From NCBI GenBank assembly GCA_964450705.1, contig CAYVDB010000005.1, positions 1 through 46,353 of the forward strand: a stretch of DNA of 46,353 bases. The letters are read 5' to 3'. The number at the start of each line of letters is the position of its first letter. Within the stretch, counting starts at the first letter, position 1. Of the stretch, positions 43,619 to 46,353 are shown piece by piece. This stretch comes from an uncultured Candidatus Saccharibacteria bacterium. Lineage in GTDB: Bacteria > Patescibacteriota > Minisyncoccia > Phycocordibacterales > Zambryskibacteraceae. The position numbers and the translations under genes were made by a program. A model generated the notes under the pieces. The model did not search any database and was not told the DNA's origin. It saw only the letters and a list, made by a program, of their open reading frames with translations.

Positions 43619-44872
43619 ATGACCGAATATCATATTCTTTTTGGGAACCGCCTTTCTGAATCTTGGCAATCTCTATCTCGCGAAGAATTCTTGGGATTCC
43701 TTAGACCTAAAGTAGAAACAGCTCTAACGTGGGAAGAGCTTGAAGAAAAACTCGGAGAGAATCGAGTTCTTAACATAAAGCTCGGAATTGATCCAACTGG
43801 AGCAGAACTTCACTTGGGCCATTTAGTTCCGGTACTTCTTCTTAATCAATTTTTAAGAGCAGGACACCACATCGATTTTGTAATTGGAGATTTTACTGCA
43901 CGAATAGGAGACCCCTCTGGCAGAGATTCTCAACGTACTCCATTAACAACTGAAGATATTGAAAAAAATTTCAAAACATATACCGAACAGGTTGCGCCAT
44001 ATCTGGATATATCCAAAGTTTCTGTTCGCAAGAATAGAGAATGGCTTTCAAAAATGACATTAGAAGAGCTCTTTCCTCTTTTACAGGGAGTTAATCTTAG
44101 AGAAGCAACTCAAAGAGAAGACTTTAGGGCCCGGCTAAAAAACCAAGAGGGAGTGAGTCTTGCAGAAGCCACTTACGGAGTACTTATGGGCATTGATTCT
44201 GTCGAACTAAAGACCGATGTAGAACTCGGGGGCATTGATCAGCTTCTAAATTTTCAACAGTGTCGTTCGGTACTTCTTGCGTGCGGGCTTCCTAGAGAAG
44301 TTGCACTTACTACGCCTATCCTTTTAGGAACCGCCGGAGATGGGCGAAAGATGAGTAAGAGTTTCGGTAATTATATTCCACTATCTGCGTCTCTTGAGGA
44401 CAAATTCGGAAAAATTATGTCTATACCAGATTCTTTGCTGTTGCCTTACTTTCTAAGTTTTGCTGATGTTCACGAGAAAGAAGTTTCTGATTTGAAAGAT
44501 TTTATCGCTAAAAATCCACTTGAAGCAAAAAAGCAACTAGGAACGTTCTTGGTGTTTCTTGAAACAAGAGATATGGAAAAAGCTCTCCAAGAGCGAGACA
44601 AATTTGAGAGAAAGTTTTCTAGGGGAGATTTAAATCCTGAAGATGTAGTAAGCATTTCTGCCAAAGGAGACGAGTCAATTTTTGATATTCTTACTCAACA
44701 TATAGGAGAGAGTAAGAGTGAGCTAAGGAGATTGTTTGCACAAGGTGCAGTCTCTTCTCTATTTTCTAATGGCGAGAAAGAAGCAATTTCTCCAGATGTT
44801 AAGGCAAACGAACTTCAGTCAGATTTGGTTAAGGTAGGGAAGTATAATCTATTTAAAATAAATATAGAATAA
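43619..44872 (+). CDS. tyrS: Tyrosine-tRNA ligase (divergent)
   Basis: Motifs KLGIDPT...LHLGH, IGDFTARIGDPSGR, ELGGIDQ and KMSKS, plus an S4-like C-terminus. Start at 43613 or 43619. Confidence 0.9.
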   Translation: MTEYHILFGNRLSESWQSLSREEFLGFLRPKVETALTWEELEEKLGENRVLNIKLGIDPTGAELHLGHLVPVLLLNQFLRAGHHIDFVIGDFTARIGDPSGRDSQRTPLTTEDIEKNFKTYTEQVAPYLDISKVSVRKNREWLSKMTLEELFPLLQGVNLREATQREDFRARLKNQEGVSLAEATYGVLMGIDSVELKTDVELGGIDQLLNFQQCRSVLLACGLPREVALTTPILLGTAGDGRKMSKSFGNYIPLSASLEDKFGKIMSIPDSLLLPYFLSFADVHEKEVSDLKDFIAKNPLEAKKQLGTFLVFLETRDMEKALQERDKFERKFSRGDLNPEDVVSISAKGDESIFDILTQHIGESKSELRRLFAQGAVSSLFSNGEKEAISPDVKANELQSDLVKVGKYNLFKINIE

Positions 44873-44905
44873 AAACTCTGAGAGGTGGCGAACCCCTCAG
44901 AGTTT
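44871..44905. terminator. Bidirectional terminator between tyrS and cassette 9
   Basis: AAACTCTGAG...CTCAGAGTTT inverted repeat. Confidence 0.75.
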
Positions 44906-45087
44906 CATTTCACAGGTGTTAGTTCGGAATTGCCAACAGGGAAAACTGTACCATCTTGAAACCGAACAAGCCATGTTCGCCTGTCGATTTTTCTTTCGAT
45001 AGTGACAATTTCGTCTCTGTGCCAGAGAGATTGTGTCACCGATCTAAAAGTGGCGGTTGAACTCTCCCTCAAGACATTCTCAGGCAT
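44905..45087 (-). CDS. Small orphan protein, possibly SH3-like (cassette 9)
   Basis: IVTIERKID..TWLVRFQDG..PV..SEL pattern. GGAG SD at 45093-45096. Confidence 0.65.
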   Translation of the reverse strand: MPENVLRESSTATFRSVTQSLWHRDEIVTIERKIDRRTWLVRFQDGTVFPVGNSELTPVK

Positions 45088-45126
45088 AGGCTCTCCGTAT
45101 GGGGTAAGAACTTATTCCTATATTGA

Positions 45127-45155
45127 ACTATGCTAGAAATATAGTCTTTGGTCAA
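45127..45155 (-). promoter_or_regulatory. Sigma70-like promoter for cassette 9
   Basis: TTGACC-17 nt-CATAGT. Confidence 0.5.
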
Positions 45156-45352
45156 ATGTTTTATTGGGTTTGAACACACTATCTGAGTGTTAAGTCAATG
45201 ATTCCAATGGAATTAGATTGGGGACAAGTTGTTGATAGCATGTAGAGAAATGCCTTACTTATGTGTATAAAAAAGTAAGAAACATTTTCTAAAAATTATC
45301 AAGATAAAAAGTGTTGCTTCGATGGTTATGCAACCTGATAATGTATGAGTAT

Positions 45353-45976
45353 ATGATCAACCTCTTTGAAGGTCTTAGTTTAGAAGAGACGAAGATATTT
45401 CGGAAACTTACAACTCCCAATAAAATTCAAGATTTTCTTGATAAGCTTCCGATTAATTTTGAAGAAGATGGTGATACTTTGTATTCTCCGCGTCTGGTTT
45501 TGAGAAATAAGAGAGCGCACTGTCTTGAGGGGGCTCTCTTTGCTTGTGCGGTACTTTCTTTCCATGGATATAAGAATTTTCTTTTAGACTTACAACCAGG
45601 TCCGAAAGATGACGGCCATGCAGTTGCTTTGTTTAAAATAAAAAACCGATGGGGGGCAATTAGTAAGACAAACCATGCAGTATTACGATTTCGTGATCCC
45701 GTCTATCTTTCTCCGCGAGAGTTGGTTATGTCGTATTTCCATGAGTATTTTTTAGATGATGGTAGAAAGACTTTGCGGACATATACCGTATTCGAATTGA
45801 ATAAAATAAAAAAGAATTGGATTATAGACGGGCAGGATTTGTGGTACATAGACAAAGCTCTCGATAATGCAAAATACACAAATCTTTTTACTTCAAGACA
45901 AGCACGTAACTTACGAAAAGCATCAGATGTTGAACGAAAAGCTGGAAAATTGGTCGAATGGAGTATAAAAAGGTAG
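45353..45976 (+). CDS. Conserved hypothetical protein with a transglutaminase/papain-like Cys-His motif
   Basis: Motifs AHCLEGALFA, DDGHAVALF and WGAISKTNH. Start approximate. Confidence 0.65.
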   Translation: MINLFEGLSLEETKIFRKLTTPNKIQDFLDKLPINFEEDGDTLYSPRLVLRNKRAHCLEGALFACAVLSFHGYKNFLLDLQPGPKDDGHAVALFKIKNRWGAISKTNHAVLRFRDPVYLSPRELVMSYFHEYFLDDGRKTLRTYTVFELNKIKKNWIIDGQDLWYIDKALDNAKYTNLFTSRQARNLRKASDVERKAGKLVEWSIKR

Positions 45977-46028
45977 TTAGACAATAAGGGCACCTTAAGT
46001 ATCTCTTATTGAGAATCAGCAGGAAAAA

Positions 46029-46352
46029 TTATTTAGTGGAAGAATCTTCTTTTTCAAAAAAGAATTGGCTAATTTTTACTGTTATCCAGAATGATAAGGG
46101 GAGAAGTAATGTCATTTGGATGATTGGGGAGAGACCCACGTTTAGGAATGGAATTACAGGCATGACGTCAACATATGACCACTTTTGAAGAATTATTGCC
46201 TTATATTCCACAAATAAGGCGATAGTGAAACCCAAAATCACAAGAAAGGTGTAATCTTTCTTATCTAATCGTGTAATGTCTCTTGTCTTTTTAATAAATA
46301 AAATTATTAACAAGGCAAATAAGGTGTAAAGGACGTCACCAATTGTTGCCCA
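46029..46352 (-). CDS. Membrane protein, 5'-truncated at the window edge
   Basis: Frame open to the window end (WATIGDVLYTL...); hydrophobic helices, WSY...MP and GLSPIIQM. Confidence 0.75.
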   Translation of the reverse strand, partial: WATIGDVLYTLFALLIILFIKKTRDITRLDKKDYTFLVILGFTIALFVEYKAIILQKWSYVDVMPVIPFLNVGLSPIIQMTLLLPLSFWITVKISQFFFEKEDSSTK

Positions 46353-46353
46353 T

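Noticed and set aside
2584-45155. Integron cassette array or prophage as the explanation for the small ORFs
   Set aside because: The ORFs are dispersed singly on both strands with their own promoters. I saw no integrase, attC-type sites or phage structural genes.

Overview
A low-GC, gene-dense core-genome segment, very likely from a Patescibacteria (CPR, Parcubacteria-like) bacterium. This is inferred from the short ThrRS and SMC, the type IV pilin, and the mostly SD-less, near-leaderless starts. Housekeeping genes include pheT (5'-truncated), gyrB, thrS, dnaE, rnhB, rpmF, nusB, rnc, smc, rnr, rpsP, khpA, trmD, rpoB-rpoC-dnaG-rpoD, a UvrD-nuclease fusion, a DsbA-family gene, uppP, hisS, two truB-like genes, typA, mscL and tyrS. 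I saw no rRNA, tRNA, CRISPR array or transposase. Four things stand out. (1) An NlpC/P60 domain with an intact Cys-His-His triad is inserted in frame inside the B5 domain of PheT, and a C39-like cysteine peptidase gene is translationally coupled downstream. (2) Nine small orphan ORFs sit singly between core genes, each built as a self-contained expression cassette: sigma70-like promoter, pyrimidine-rich leader, usually a Shine-Dalgarno, and a hairpin terminator. Many neighbouring core genes instead look leaderless, with a -10 box 6-8 nt before the ATG. (3) A promoter- and terminator-bounded, rod-like non-coding RNA candidate lies between rnc and smc. (4) There is a NusB-Nudix fusion, a hinge-less SMC and a divergent TruB paralog. 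All product calls come from motif recognition by eye; no searches were run.
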